The translations under genes were made by a program, and so were the position numbers. A stretch of DNA of 63,025 nt, filler included, from Licmophora abbreviata (taxonomy: Eukaryota): NCBI GenBank assembly GCA_900291995.1. It is 10 parts of 10 records of this genome, joined end to end, with 100 filler letters (N's around TTAATTAATTAA, not from the genome) between each part and the next. Parts side by side here need not be neighbours in the genome. Positions count along the whole stretch, not along the records: positions 12,198 to 20,298 come from OLMU01002925.1; positions 20,399 to 31,145 come from OLMU01002928.1; 8 more parts are not named here. The stretch is one strand, 5' to 3'. Positions 12,198 to 25,040 of this stretch are shown piece by piece (within the stretch, counting starts at the first letter, position 1; each line of letters begins with the position of its first letter). The notes beneath the pieces are model-generated. The model made no database searches, had not been told where the DNA came from, and saw only the letters and a program-made list of their open reading frames with translations.

Positions 12198-13885
12198 CCA
12201 TCGTTACCCCGTCCGTCGGACACGGCTCGTAGAGCTGCCATAGCCCACAAAACCACACGAAACGGAAAGTACACGAAAGACTCTCCCGCCACCGCGCCAG
12301 AACTGTGCACATTCCAACTCGATCCAATCCACGACACAGTCGCCGATAGCCCCAAGAATAGTATAGGAAAGGCCAATAGAAAGTTCGGTAGCTGCTTCCA
12401 TTGATAGTATCGCAGAAAGCCGACATTCCAGTACTTTCGCTGTACGTGACGGTAGAGTGAAAAGTGCCCTTGAGGTGATGCATTTCTACCATTCTGACAC
12501 CATGCAGCAGTTGGCACGACGCCATCGCAATGCAACGCAATGCCTCGCGCATCATGGTACAAGACAGGAAAGATCACAACACACACGGCACAGATGCCGG
12601 CAAAAAGTATCACCATGCACTCAAGCCACCATGTAAGAGTACGACCCGTTCTGTCAGGACGGCGAGAACGGCAGCACGACGCCAGTGCTTGTAACAGTAT
12701 CCAAACTACCACCATGGTGCCATTGGAGCGCGTGTAGGAAGCTGCAGCCCACGATGAAAGCAGTGAGACTGCGACAAGCGGAGCAGAGTATCCATTGCCG
12801 TGTTCTCGTTGTTGCTCGGCCATCATGTAGCCACCAAAAGTAAGACAGCAAAAGAGAGATTCCGAGTATGCCGATGAAAAGAATACACTGGCGGGATTGA
12901 AGCAGAACAAGAGTGCGGTAGTCTCGCTGAGTTGTAAAGGTGATACTGGCAGACAGTCCATCCTTGTTGTTGTATTGGCTGCAGTGTCGTCGTTGTTTGC
13001 GATGCTCGACGTTCGTCTTTGTATTGCTGCATGCCTATGCACCATACAGAATGTCAGCTGCTGTAGTGCCAATGCACTCAAGACAAACGCCACGGTATTA
13101 ATGCACCATGCCGCTAATACAAAGATACCCTCCAGAGTCGGTGGCAGTAGAGATACTGGTATCAAGGTCAACAACAAGCTTGCCACAAGGCGAATTGCGA
13201 GCGGTAGGAGAGGAAAGAATGCGTGGGCCTGCTCGGAGGAGGATGATGCATACTTATCATCTGTCGTGATGCATTGACGGCGTTCACTAGAGTTCATACT
13301 TGAAGTATCTCCACGAAAACGACGACGACAAGCACCACCACCACCCGTCGTCGCAGTAGTAGCAGGGGATCTCTGAGATGGATCCATGGCGAGCGAAAGA
13401 AAGCGAGCTGCGTCCCATCGAGTGAGCGGAGGCAACATGAGTCGATAGAACTCTCGCAGTAGAAACCTTGGTACCATAGCAATGTTACTTTCGATGGTGC
13501 GTGCTGTTGTACTAGTAGAAACCGATGCCGAAGCACACACCAGCGATGCGTACTGGGTCAGTAGACTCTGACATCCACCATGGTCTAGCGCAAAGGGTGG
13601 CAGCGTTGCCGATGATGTCGTTGCTTCTGATGACAATAGAGTGGACATTCTCAAATCGATCTGAAGCACATCTTCCCCTGGATCAAGAGCAGTACCAGGA
13701 ATGAGGATTCCGCCAATGATCCCATGCGAGAGCATCATGCCAAGCAGCATCATGAGACGGGAGAAACAAGCAATCTGGACGATCCGCTTTCTGGATTGCG
13801 GCAGGCTGAGGGACGGTGACTGCCAAATCATCCTGTTGCTGACAGTCATCGTTCCCATGGATGTTGTCTTCACTCCCGTCGTCAT
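12198..13885 (-). CDS. PIGV: GPI mannosyltransferase 2 (PIG-V/GPI18), 3' end lost in gap
   Basis: TRWDA, AFFPLLP, FCFNPASVFFSSAYSESLF, YRHVQRKYWNVGFLRYYQWKQLPNFLLA. Confidence 0.92.
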
Positions 13886-14313
13886 GGTAGTACGTTCCGA
13901 GCCTCGATGCCCGCGAGGTACCGCCGTTCGGGCGCCATCGTCATCTCTCGTTGTGGCGTCGCAGTAGCATCAGAGGAGGGGCGCCGACGCAGCATACTTA
14001 TGAGCCAAACTTTCCGGGTCATTTACTTAATGGTTGACATTACATTTGTCGCATCTACACAGTTTATGCGTAGCATTTGCTTATGATCAAACTTCAAGGT
14101 TGATCAAAACTCAGGCCAAAATTCAGAACGTGAAACAGCACACACATCTACACAAGGAGGCGCGACTCGAGACCACTCACTTCGCGACGATGTGATCTCA
14201 GACATCCTGATGCGCAAGGTACATTCCACCATCGTTCAAGGGACAAGCCAGATAGAGACTCAGAATCGTGTCCATCGACAAGACGCCGAAGTTCTAGAGA
14301 GAATCAAAAGTCA

Positions 14314-15465
14314 ATGACGCAAATTGCTGTTCATCATTCCGCGTCACCCAGTCTGCCCTTAGACAATGACGAGGCAGTCCCGCTCACAGATTTGAAGGAA
14401 CGCGATGACGATCCCAAGCTTCATGACCTTCCTGTCCGCACTAGACTTCGTCGACTTTTCTGGACCGGTCTCTTTCAGTTCGACTGGGCCACTCCCAGTG
14501 GACCAGCCTGCAGTGTGTTGGTCGGCTCAAGCTTGTTGGTCATGCTCCTATTGCCCATGCTCTTATTTCCATCAGTTGATCAGTCGGTGGAATCTTTTTC
14601 TCTGAAGGATATACAAGGAACTCCCAAGACGACACTCGTGCTCATGGGATACTCACCTCGGCGGATCGACAACTACCAATTGCTCTTCGAGACCTACGGG
14701 AAGATGGACTCCGTGCTGGATCGCGTCCTCTTTTTGTGGAACAATCTAGAGGAGGAACCTCCCACTGCGCCGAGCAACACTCGTGTCGAAATCAAACTGC
14801 TACGACAGTCTCGCAATTCCATGAACAACCGTTTTGGACCCGACGTGACGGCCCATACGCGTACAGACACTGTGCTGATGGCCGACGACGACATTTTACT
14901 CTCGGCGGCACTGCTACATCGTCTGACTCAAACCTACTACTCGTATCCGTCGGAATCACGTTCCATTGTTGGTGTTCGGGACGATATGCGCGTTGCAAAT
15001 CCGGGATACAAGTATCATTGTGATGCATCGAAGAACTGGTTGGCGCAACGGAATTGCTATCGAATGTTGTTTGATCCAATACACGTGTCGCTATTTCGGA
15101 AACCTAACGTGGTCGTTGGCAAGACCATGCTGGTGGGAACGGAATTCTTGTATCGATATCAGAAAGACCAAGTGCTTCAGGAGTATGTGGACCATACATT
15201 TCATTGCGAAGATATCTTTATGAATGCGCTTGTTCTGAATGCGACGTCAGCTCTACTTCCAAAGGTCGTGGTATCGTATCGGCGGCAACAGTTGAGAGGT
15301 GCGGATGCGAGCAATGTACGCAGTGGCAACTTTCGAGTGGAGCTCGATGATTCTGGGGGTCTTTCCGCTAGTCCAGGGGGCTGGCTGGAAGGTCGGGAGG
15401 AGTGCGTGCGATGGGCGAGGAGACACTACTGTGACTCTGTGTGGGCTGGAACGTGTGGAGGGTGA
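14314..15465 (+). CDS. Glycosyltransferase family 64 (EXTL2-like), type II membrane protein
   Basis: N-terminal TM, FLWNN, NSMNNRF, ADDDILL (DxD), CEDIFMN, terminal REEC. Confidence 0.85.
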   Translation: MTQIAVHHSASPSLPLDNDEAVPLTDLKERDDDPKLHDLPVRTRLRRLFWTGLFQFDWATPSGPACSVLVGSSLLVMLLLPMLLFPSVDQSVESFSLKDIQGTPKTTLVLMGYSPRRIDNYQLLFETYGKMDSVLDRVLFLWNNLEEEPPTAPSNTRVEIKLLRQSRNSMNNRFGPDVTAHTRTDTVLMADDDILLSAALLHRLTQTYYSYPSESRSIVGVRDDMRVANPGYKYHCDASKNWLAQRNCYRMLFDPIHVSLFRKPNVVVGKTMLVGTEFLYRYQKDQVLQEYVDHTFHCEDIFMNALVLNATSALLPKVVVSYRRQQLRGADASNVRSGNFRVELDDSGGLSASPGGWLEGREECVRWARRHYCDSVWAGTCGG

Positions 15466-15555
15466 TTTGAGTTTTACCAGCTAGGAACGATCCTATGTTA
15501 CAGACCTGCTGTAGACTACTGGTGTGGTCATCGTGTAATTGCTATATTAACGCTT

Positions 15556-16503
15556 TTAACGAATGAATTTGTTGAGGAATCGCTTGTGAAAGTCGTTGCG
15601 AACGGTATCGTTGATGAAACGTTTCTTGAGTTCCGGTTCTCCTTTGGCCTGGTTTCGAAAGACAACATCGTCGTTCCAGCGTCGTTTGAGCCTTCCAGAA
15701 GCATTGCCCTCCGTCGACAGCAACGGATTTCCAACCAGCGCCGCTTCTTCCATCTTGGCTTCGTCTTCTGCGGCAGCCTGTGCGAACCAAGAGCAAGAAC
15801 GACGATCGATTGGAGTGTTGAGGCGAAGGCACCGTCGCCATATGAAATCAATACTGTCGATAAAGACAAGCCACTTACCTCTGCATCTGCTTTCATCTTG
15901 GCCTCCTCACGCTCCGCTCGAATTTTGGCTAGTTCCGCCTGTAGAGCAGCCTCTTCGTCTTCATCGTCGCTATCGTCGTCTGACTGGTCAGAATCAGAGG
16001 CATCGAGGTCACTCTCTTCGTCGTCCCCGCCTCGATCCAAATCGCTCCACCCGTCCGAGTCGTCTCCCCCATTATCATCTTGATCATTGTATTTTGATCG
16101 AACTCTATTGCAAAACAGATAAAAGCGGTAAGCATCCTATCCGAGTGGCACGGAACAATGGCTACCCTCCCGCAAGGCTGGTAACAGAATGTACGTACTT
16201 TTCTTCGTCCACTTCTGCCGTCTGTTTCAGCAACTTCCTTCGTCCTTCTTCTTCTATTTCTGGATTCACTTGCCGACGTTTCAGCACGGGCATCTTTGCC
16301 TCCGCCTCTTGCAATTTCAAAAGCGATTCCTGAAGTGCCGCCTTCTTGTCCACCACCTGCGCTCCCGTCCGAACCTTGAGTTTCGTGTGCGCGGCCGCAT
16401 CGAGCGCCGACGTTTGCGTTGATACCGCGCCTCCTGCCGACCATCCACCCTCCTGGGCCTTTCCTACCGCAGCTTTCCAAGTGGGGCGATGAGCTGTCGT
16501 CAT
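15556..16503 (-). CDS. CWC15: Pre-mRNA splicing factor CWC15, 3 exons
   Basis: MTTAHRPTW start, AHTKLKVR, ALQAELAKIRAER, KRRWNDDVVFRNQA..FINDTVRNDFHKRFLNKFIR. Confidence 0.95.
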
Positions 16504-16811
16504 GGTAACAAGGGAGAGATGTCTTCTCGGTGATGATGGCGGTGCTGCAATAGAAAACGGCTGGCAGCGCGGCGCGGAATGATTGATTATGGCATAGTGT
16601 ACAAGATCCACCACGATTAATAAGAGAAATATTGACATTGAGTACAATCGCTCTTGTCCAGTCTGTCCGTCGTATCTCTGTTTCTCTTTTCTCGGAACAG
16701 GACGCGGTTTTTCAAGGACGAGCTGATGATCTTGGACGATAATACTAGTTGGCTCCCTACCACAGATATTAATAGCTATGACAACATTCGAGCTGACGAT
16801 GCAATCCTAAC

Positions 16812-19229
16812 TTAGTCTTCGTCACTCTTCCGCCGCCGTGACTTGTGCTTCTTCCTTCGTTTCTTCTTCTCTTCTCGTTTTCTACGTTCACGACGTTTTC
16901 GTCTTCGATCCTCGTCTGTAGATGACGATTCGCTATCAGCATCAGAGGTCTTTCGCCTATCGCGTCTCTGGCGATGACCTTCATCCGTCGACGATTGCTT
17001 TTCATTGGGTGAATGGCTTCGTTCACGTCTACGCTTTGTCCCTCCCTTATCTTCATCAGTACGCTTGCTCTCGTCTGACCTTTCCGGTTCGAATGTAGCA
17101 TAAGGTCCATCCAATTGGAGGCTGTTGTCCTTTTCACTGCCCGCGCTGGTGGGCAGGGATGGAGGAGCAGAGGTTTGTTGAGACGCTTTTCTATCAGACC
17201 TCTCTTCGAATGGAGGCTCCTGTTGATCGTCTTGCTCTGCTTCGGAAGCGTCCGAGGCCGATTCAGGTCCAAATATTGAGGCCAAGAGCTCCATCGGCGG
17301 TCGCTCCTTCGCGTCGTCAGTTTCTGCTTTCTCGAAGCCACCATTTTCCTTCCAATCTGGAAATGAGCGTCCCTCCTCATCTTTAGAGGTTGTAGGCATG
17401 GAACCCTTGGCAGATGCCAGTACTTCACGTTCGAAAAAGGACGCTTCACTGCTTGCACGAAGCGACTTGCAAGCATTCGTCGAGAGCTGGACATTCGAAG
17501 GTGCGGTGACATGAAATCGTTTGCACAGTAGTGACTCCGGGGCAAAGGTCATGACACGACGAGCAATGGAGATTTCTTTCTTTGGAGACTTCTTTTCGCC
17601 TGCTGGATGAGTTCCGTCATCGGCGGCCGTCGCGGATGAGGATACTGACGAAGGTTTCTGCATACCAACGGCACGCGTAGACCCGTCTTCTGGTCCTTCA
17701 GCCTGACTAGCCGTGAATCGGTTCCGCATAGCCGCTGCCAAGCCTGCGAATGCCGCGCTTGCCATTGGTTTGTTTCGCGCCGACTTTTCCTTTTCCAGTC
17801 GCTGAGCGTTTGCTTTCCGTTCCGACGCCGCAAGTCTTCTACGATTCTCCATTTCTTCAAACTGACGATCCACCGATTCTCGCTTCAAACCACCGGGATT
17901 CTCGTCTGGTCCAAATCTGTGTCGATCCAGATTGTAGTTCAGTGGAATATCTGGCCCAGGGAATCGCTTCTGGCCTCGCCCACTGCTTGACATTGTCGTT
18001 CCGCCCAAGACAAAACCAGGAAGAGGTGGACGGCCATCTGAAGTGCTTCCTCTGCTAACACTTGCACTATCTGACGCTTTGCCATCCCCCAAGCTAGCCC
18101 ACGATGCTAGGACCGATCCAACCTGGTAAGATCCTCGTGTTCCCGAGGGACGACCGGCTTCGTTGTTATCTTCGTCGACGTCACTGTCGGCATGCTCGTG
18201 CAATTCAGTGTCATACTCGTCCAAATTGACTTGTGCTCTCTTGTGTGCTGCATGATGCTGGTCATCATAGACGTCGTCGTCATCCTCTCGCAAGGCGAAC
18301 CCACCGACTGTCTTGGTACCCACAAAGTCTTGAACAGTTTCGTATGATGTCAAGACGCCGTCAGTATCGTCGTCGTTGTTGATTTCACCATGACCGCGAG
18401 GTCGCGCCGACGACGATGCTTCCTCGTCGTCACCATGTTCATCACCCAACACATTGGAAACTCGATACACATTGCGATTCGCAGCATCATTGTTGGTCAC
18501 GGCCTTGGCTCGTTCTTCTGCAAGCCGTCGTCTTCTTTCTCGATCACGTCGGAATTCGGGAGCATCATGGTACGCTTCGTATCCCAGGCCGCACGTATCG
18601 TGTTTGGGGGCCGGTATCGGGACACGATTCTGTTGAAGTTGTATCTTTTTCAATCGCCTGCTGGAGAGAGCTCGGGAAGAATGCTGCAATGCGTCTGCGG
18701 TATCACGACTGTTCTGGTATTGAGTACCGTTTGCATGCTCATTGTCCTCATCGGTAGCTCTCACATAGGCTGTCTTTGATCCATCACGCCATCCCAGTAC
18801 TCGTAACAGTCGATGACCTACATTGTCCAACGGAGGCGACACCAGATTCACCAGTGGATTGTGTCCTCCGCTGACGCCCATTTTACCAGACGTTGATGAA
18901 GGCTGCTGGTGAGCGTCGTATTCACCCCTGACTTGCGTCGGACCACCCCATTCATTGTGATCTTGGTCGTCCATGAAATCTTCCATGCGTTGTTGCTGAT
19001 TTTTTACAAGTTTGTGTGCATTATTTGGCCCATTGTCATTTTGGAAAGACTCAGTAGCTTCAGTTTGAACTATAGTGTCAGTACCGTTCTGCGGAGCCCA
19101 TCCCTCGGCCGACCCTACCGTGTTAAAGTAGCCGGCAGAGAAGCCGCCCGTGAAGGCGCCATGAAAGCGGCGCTTGGTCGTTCTCTTGCGACTCGGAACA
19201 TAGACCGGTCGTCCGCTTCCAGAAGCCAT
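16812..19229 (-). CDS. GPATCH1: G-patch domain-containing protein 1 (GPATCH1/TGH-like)
   Basis: RRFHGAFTGGFSAGYFNTVGSAEGWAP, EDFMDDQD, G-patch VGHRLLRVLGW..GLGY, PESLLCKRF, K/R-rich tail. Confidence 0.92.
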   Translation of the reverse strand: MASGSGRPVYVPSRKRTTKRRFHGAFTGGFSAGYFNTVGSAEGWAPQNGTDTIVQTEATESFQNDNGPNNAHKLVKNQQQRMEDFMDDQDHNEWGGPTQVRGEYDAHQQPSSTSGKMGVSGGHNPLVNLVSPPLDNVGHRLLRVLGWRDGSKTAYVRATDEDNEHANGTQYQNSRDTADALQHSSRALSSRRLKKIQLQQNRVPIPAPKHDTCGLGYEAYHDAPEFRRDRERRRRLAEERAKAVTNNDAANRNVYRVSNVLGDEHGDDEEASSSARPRGHGEINNDDDTDGVLTSYETVQDFVGTKTVGGFALREDDDDVYDDQHHAAHKRAQVNLDEYDTELHEHADSDVDEDNNEAGRPSGTRGSYQVGSVLASWASLGDGKASDSASVSRGSTSDGRPPLPGFVLGGTTMSSSGRGQKRFPGPDIPLNYNLDRHRFGPDENPGGLKRESVDRQFEEMENRRRLAASERKANAQRLEKEKSARNKPMASAAFAGLAAAMRNRFTASQAEGPEDGSTRAVGMQKPSSVSSSATAADDGTHPAGEKKSPKKEISIARRVMTFAPESLLCKRFHVTAPSNVQLSTNACKSLRASSEASFFEREVLASAKGSMPTTSKDEEGRSFPDWKENGGFEKAETDDAKERPPMELLASIFGPESASDASEAEQDDQQEPPFEERSDRKASQQTSAPPSLPTSAGSEKDNSLQLDGPYATFEPERSDESKRTDEDKGGTKRRRERSHSPNEKQSSTDEGHRQRRDRRKTSDADSESSSTDEDRRRKRRERRKREEKKKRRKKHKSRRRKSDED

Positions 19230-19437
19230 CGCATAAGTTTCTGTTTGCTAGCTAGATAGAGACATGTACAACGAGAGTGGAAAAGCGGTCATGGTGGAGA
19301 AGGAAAGGAGGACACGCAGAGCAGTGCTGATGATGTTGCGATGCAATGTGATGATGCATACCGGTAACGAGACGCGCGCAGAGGGCTGCCGGATGTATTT
19401 CGCAACCCGGATCTTCAATGATGAGGAACTGTCAGCC

Positions 19438-20298
19438 ATGACTTTCGAGTCAGTCATTCAATTCGCAAAAATAGTCACACAAGTTCTGATCGTTTTTTAT
19501 CAACGTGACCATGGCAAGCACCATGTCTCTTCGCGGCGGCGACGCTTCCAGCGCTTCCAGCCGATTCAATGAGACCGTCTGTGTCTTCACAATTCTTTTC
19601 GGAGGATTCGATAAGCTTTTGCCTCCTCCGCGGCATCTCCTTTCGCCCAATGTGGAGTTTTACGTCATGACGGACCAACCCGGAGCCGGTCATCCACCTC
19701 CGTGGCAAGAGCACGTCGTGTCGCCTCTTCCCTACGACGAGGCTCGCCAGAATGCTCGAGCCTTCAAAATGCTACCCCCGGATGAACTCTGGAACAAGTG
19801 CGACATTGCTCTGCAGATCGACGCCAACATTGACTTTTTGCGAAGTCCACTCGAACTGGCCCAAGAACTACAGCCTCACGCGAACCTGGGGCTGATCCGT
19901 CATCCATTCCTCTCCGATTATCAATCGGAAATTGATCACCTTTGCCAGATCTATCCCCATGACTGCGCCCTGTACGAATCCCATTCCAAACAGCACCTTC
20001 ATTCCTTCGATGGGAGACAGGCCCATCAGTATGAAACGAGTGTCATGATTCGACGACAGAACGATCAGACAAAGAATCTCATGCAGGCATGGAGAGACGA
20101 CTTGTTTGCCTCTGGGCATCTAAGAGATCAAGTCGCGCTTGTTCCTGTGCTTCATGCACGTAATTCTGACATTGAATTGTACGGACCAGGAGGCAAGCTG
20201 CGCATCAAGCCTTCATCTATCAACAACAGGAATGCTGATGGCGAAAGCGACGACGACCCCGTCGTTTACACAAAACACCTCCAGCACGGAAAGGGTCC
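19438..20298 (+). CDS. DUF616 (TOD1/MUCI70-like) putative glycosyltransferase; probable 1-nt error in T6 run 19493-19498; 3' end at gap
   Basis: VFTILFGGFD, ARAFKMLP, QIDANI, IRHP, RDQVAL. Removing one T joins a hydrophobic leader starting at ATG 19438. Confidence 0.75.
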
Positions 20299-20398
20299 NN
20301 NNNNNNNNNNNNNNNNNNNNNNNNNNNNNNNNNNNNNNNNNNTTAATTAATTAANNNNNNNNNNNNNNNNNNNNNNNNNNNNNNNNNNNNNNNNNNNN
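20299..20398. other. Artificial scaffold linker
   Basis: N44-TTAATTAATTAA-N44. Confidence 0.98.
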
Positions 20399-23300
20399 CA
20401 AGGTCGTTGGGCCTCCCTTAGTTGAGGAGACTGCTGCTGAGAGCGTCTCAGATACAAAGAAAATGGAAGAAATAATCAATTGGGAAGAAGAAAGCAAGCA
20501 AGAGACTACTGAGATTCCTGCCGGCGAATCTTTATCCCTCGCTGATGGTGATGATGATGCCAAATCCCCTGGAGCGACCAGCGTGGCGCCGGATGTGTTC
20601 GAGAGTCAGAGCAAGAAAGGCTCTGATTCCCATACACGAGAAAAGAGTATGGCAATGATGGACCTAAGCAGCGCGGACATTGCGTACAATGAAGAAGGTT
20701 TTGCCGAGGCGTCAAGTGACAGCATGCCACTTTCCAACAGCAGTGCCTTGACTATGGACATTGCCGCCGAGTATACTGTGCCCTTGAAAGATGTTCCCGA
20801 GACTCCTTCCAAGTCAAGATACAAGGAGAAGAAGCGTACCAAGGACGATCCCAGCAAGCGCACTCATTCCAAGAAGGTTTCTGCCATTCCAGTGATTCCG
20901 GCGGCGGTAGAGAGCGATATCAGTGGTCGTATTGTCCTGGGAATCTGCGCCATGGATAAAAAGGCGAGATCAAAACCCATGGCTGAGATATTGTCGCGGC
21001 TCCAAAAGAAAGACTTTCATGTCGTGTTCTTCGGCGATAACACGATCCTCAATGTTGGCGTCGAAGACTGGCCGCTCTGCGACGCTCTGATTGCGTTCTT
21101 CAGCAAGGGTTACCCTCTCGAAAAGGTGGAGAAGTATGTCGACCTACGTCATCCGTTTATTCTGAACGACCTAGGAATGCAAGAGGTACTCAAGGATCGA
21201 CGCAAGGTATACGATCTCTTGGCTGAGAGCGGAATTGATGTCCCGCGTCATGTGTTTTTAAGTCGCGACGGATACGTGTCGACAGGGAAGGGTGCAGGGA
21301 ACGGAAATAACGAACAAGCGGTTGCTGAGTTTGACGATCATATTGAGCTGAACGGCATCGTTATTGACAAGCCGTTCGTTGAGAAACCTGTGGACGCCGA
21401 CGATCATAACATTGCCATTTACTACCCCACTTCGGCTGGAGGTGGTTGCAAAAAGTTATTTCGTAAGATTGGCAATCGTTCGTCCGAATTCTACCCTGAT
21501 ATCAACGAAGTACGTCGCGACGGATCGTATATTTACGAGTCGTTCGTCGAAACCCAGGGTACCGACGTGAAGATGTACACAGTGGGTCCAGAATACGGTC
21601 ACGCCGAAGCGCGCAAGAGTCCCACGGTCGATGGAAAGGTCGAGCGCGACTCGGAGGGCAAGGAAATTCGCTTCCCGGTTATTTTGACTCTGCGGGAAAA
21701 AGAAATTGCTCGTCGTATCGTCCTCGGCTTTAAGCAAATGGTGTGCGGCTTCGACTTGCTTCGTGTCCAAGAGGGCGATGCGATAGTCCCATACGTTTGT
21801 GATGTCAACGGTTGGTCTTTTGTCAAGAACAGCAGGTACGTACGTTTTGCGAACGACTTTTGCATGTTACCTCGATGCACAATCTGCCATCGCATGGGCT
21901 CATCAAAATGTTTATTGGCTGTACTTTAAGGAAATACTATGATGATTGCGCCCAGATCTTGTCTGAGCACGTTCTGGCTGCTTGCAAGCCCGACGCACTT
22001 CGCTGCTTTTCGACACTCGACCCCATGGTCACCGAGAACTTGGACGACGATGACGTTTCCATCGGCTCGAGCCTTCGTTCACGTGTGTCAACCTTTGATC
22101 GGGTGGCACGGATGCTGAAAGGTGAACCTTCGGAAGATGACGAAGAGACTTTGTCTGTCTCATCAGCGCACAGCGCTCAGCCGACGAAGCTTCAGGAGGG
22201 TGCGATTCCAGTAAGGGACATTCCTGACGACCTCACGTCAGAGCCAGCCTCTATTTGTCCATCACCTGCGAGCTCACAAATAGACGAGCATGAGCAGGAG
22301 GCGATGCGTCGGAGCTCTTCGTACTCTACTTTTCAAGCATCCCATAAAGAAGAGCTTCGCTGCGTGATTGCTGTTGTTCGCCACGGTGACAGAACCCCGA
22401 AACAGAAGCTAAAAGTTAACATGAGCGAGCCTGCTATCCTCGAATACTTTCACAATCACACGAAGAATTGTCGAAAGGATCTGAAGGTTAAAGCCAAGAC
22501 TCCTATGCTTGAATTCTTGGCCACTGTGAAAAGGATGATTGCCGAAAAGAAAGCAGAGATAGAACCGGAAGCAAAGAGCGAGTCGAATAGAGTTATTCTC
22601 TACAAACTGACACACATGCGTGATATTCTCGAACGATGGAAGATCGCAGGCCTCAACCGGAAACTGCAGATCAAGCCACGCGACTGGATCGAGGAAGTTG
22701 ATGGGAGCGAAGAAACAAAGGTCCGCTGTACGAAACTTCAGCTTATTTTGAAGTGGGGCGGCAACTTGACGAAGCTTGGGGAGAAACAGGCGATCCAGCT
22801 GGGGCAACGTCTTCGTCACGAAATGTATCCCGATGCTCCAGGCGGGGGAATTCTACGTTTGCATTCTACTTTTCGCCATGATTTGAAAATCAAGACTAGT
22901 GACGAAGGGCGAGTTATGAAAACAGCCGCCGCGTTCGCCAAGGGCCTTCTCGAGCTTGAAGGCGAGATCCCTCCGATTCTTGTTTCACTTGTCCACAAAG
23001 AGCAAGGCAGTGAACATATGCTCGACCCGTCGGGCAACAAAGAGGTTGAGTCAGAGCTTGACGAGTGCAAAGAAAAGATTAATGTCAATCTCCAGAAGGA
23101 CCACGATTTTAGTGAGGCTAACACGGAAGAAGTCGAAGAGATCGTCGGTCCCGCGAGTTTGACCTCCCTGCACATCGCTCTTCGTCGTGTCGGTAACCCC
23201 CGCAAGACTCTTTTCTTGATCCGGAAAGTAATGGGTGAGTTAATTGAACAGCTCGAAGACATGCTTGGCGGGATGACAAGTGGTGACGAAGCTGTTTTGG

Positions 23301-24962
23301 AAGGCGGGGAAGGTCTCAAAGGCAAAGATGAAAATGACCAGGCGCTCAGTGGTGTGAAGCTCTACAAAGGAGAGACCTTGCTTGAGCTCACGGAGAGGTG
23401 GCGATTCTTGTACACTCGATTGTACGACGAAGACGAAGAAATTTTCGATCTTTCACGTGTTCCGGACGTACATGACAATGCTCGATTTGAGTAAGTGCTA
23501 CTACTGCGGCCTGTGGTGCTGTTCTTGCCAAGTTTATGTTTTGCACTCAAAGCTACTCCTGTCCATTGGCGTGGCTTTATCAGTATGCTACACAACCCGC
23601 ATCTCGGTCTCACTACGACGCTTGAAAAGCTTTATGAGCTCGCCAAAGTCATGGCAGACTGCGTAGTTCCTCAAGAGTACGGCGCAACGGTACCAGAAAA
23701 GACTTCGATCGGCAGTAAAATGTGTGGAGCTCTGCTCGAGAAGATCAAGTAAGTGTGATTCGATTCTAAAGATTGTCAATCGATCGGAAGCTAACGCAGA
23801 CTCGTTCACGGCTTTTTATGGCCTCAGATACGACCTCATCATTGCTCGCGAGGACAACAAGACAGACATGCGCTACATGATCAACATGGCTTACTCAGCG
23901 GATCTCCCGATTAACACTATGGGTCGTAGAATTCGAACGAGATTGTACTTCACGTCAGAGTCGCATCTGCATACCTTACTTAATGTGTTGCGGTTCGGCG
24001 GGGCCGAGGGCAAGAGGATTCTAGCCAACCACGGGATTAAGATTGTGAACGAGGCCCCAGAACTCTGCTACTTGACTCAGGTCGTGATCCGTCTATTTGA
24101 AGATACGCGACGGAACATGACGGATCCAAAACGATTCCGCGTCGAGATTTTGTTTTCTCCTGGTGCCACGGCAACGCCAATGCACATGGCGGAACTGGAC
24201 CGTGAGAAGGACAGCACCCGATTCGACACATCGCCACTCAAAATGATCGGCCGTGATGGTTTGACATGTCGGGAGGTGGAAGAATACTTCACTGATGCCA
24301 TCCATGCGGGTCAAGCGGACAACTCTGAGTTTGTAGATGGCCTTTCCATGTCCACGCACAACTCCTCAACAATTCATAGTCCGCTTCCATCGAAGCACAG
24401 CAAGCGACCGCCGCTAGCGTTACCAGTGACGAGCGACGCGCCTACCCCTAAAATGACATCAGTCAAGCCTTCACTTCAAATGGACGCGTTGGACAAGGAA
24501 ATTCCCTTGCTCGATTCTGATGAAAGCGTCTCAAAGACAGCCGATAGCACAACCCACGAACAAGTCATTCCGACAATCATGGAAGAGAAAAAGTTGGAAG
24601 AGCTTGACTCGCACGCCAGGGATATCGACGCAGGAAACCAAGTGGCACCACGTGAGCTTGGCACTGCGATGGAAGAGTCAGAACAGGCCAAGACCAAGAA
24701 GCCAGAAGAAGCAGATCCTTGTCCTTTTGATGAAGATGCCCCTTCTTTCGCCGAGCGTGACCTGCCAGAACTCGAAACCGACGAGAACCCGAAAGTGGAA
24801 GAGCACGACGACGACCGCGTGGAGCGACTTGCTCGTATCCTCGCGCGCAAGTACTTTTGGAGATCTGTCGCTGCCTTTAGCTTCTTGCTTGGTGCTGGCT
24901 GTCTCGTTCTTTCGGTGAATGTGCGTGACAATACTCGACAGCGTCGATGGAGTCGGCGGTAG
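20399..24962 (+). CDS. VIP1: Inositol hexakisphosphate / diphosphoinositol-pentakisphosphate kinase (VIP1/PPIP5K), multi-exon, 5' end probably in gap
   Basis: [36 protein letters not shown], phosphatase [34 protein letters not shown]. Introns at ~21836, 23491 and 23749. Confidence 0.95.
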
Positions 24963-25040
24963 CTGAAGCTACGTTCAACCATGTTTATAGTATGTCTAGT
25001 TTATGTTGTGAATCGCATGCGTTTGCCGTATAGTAGCGAA

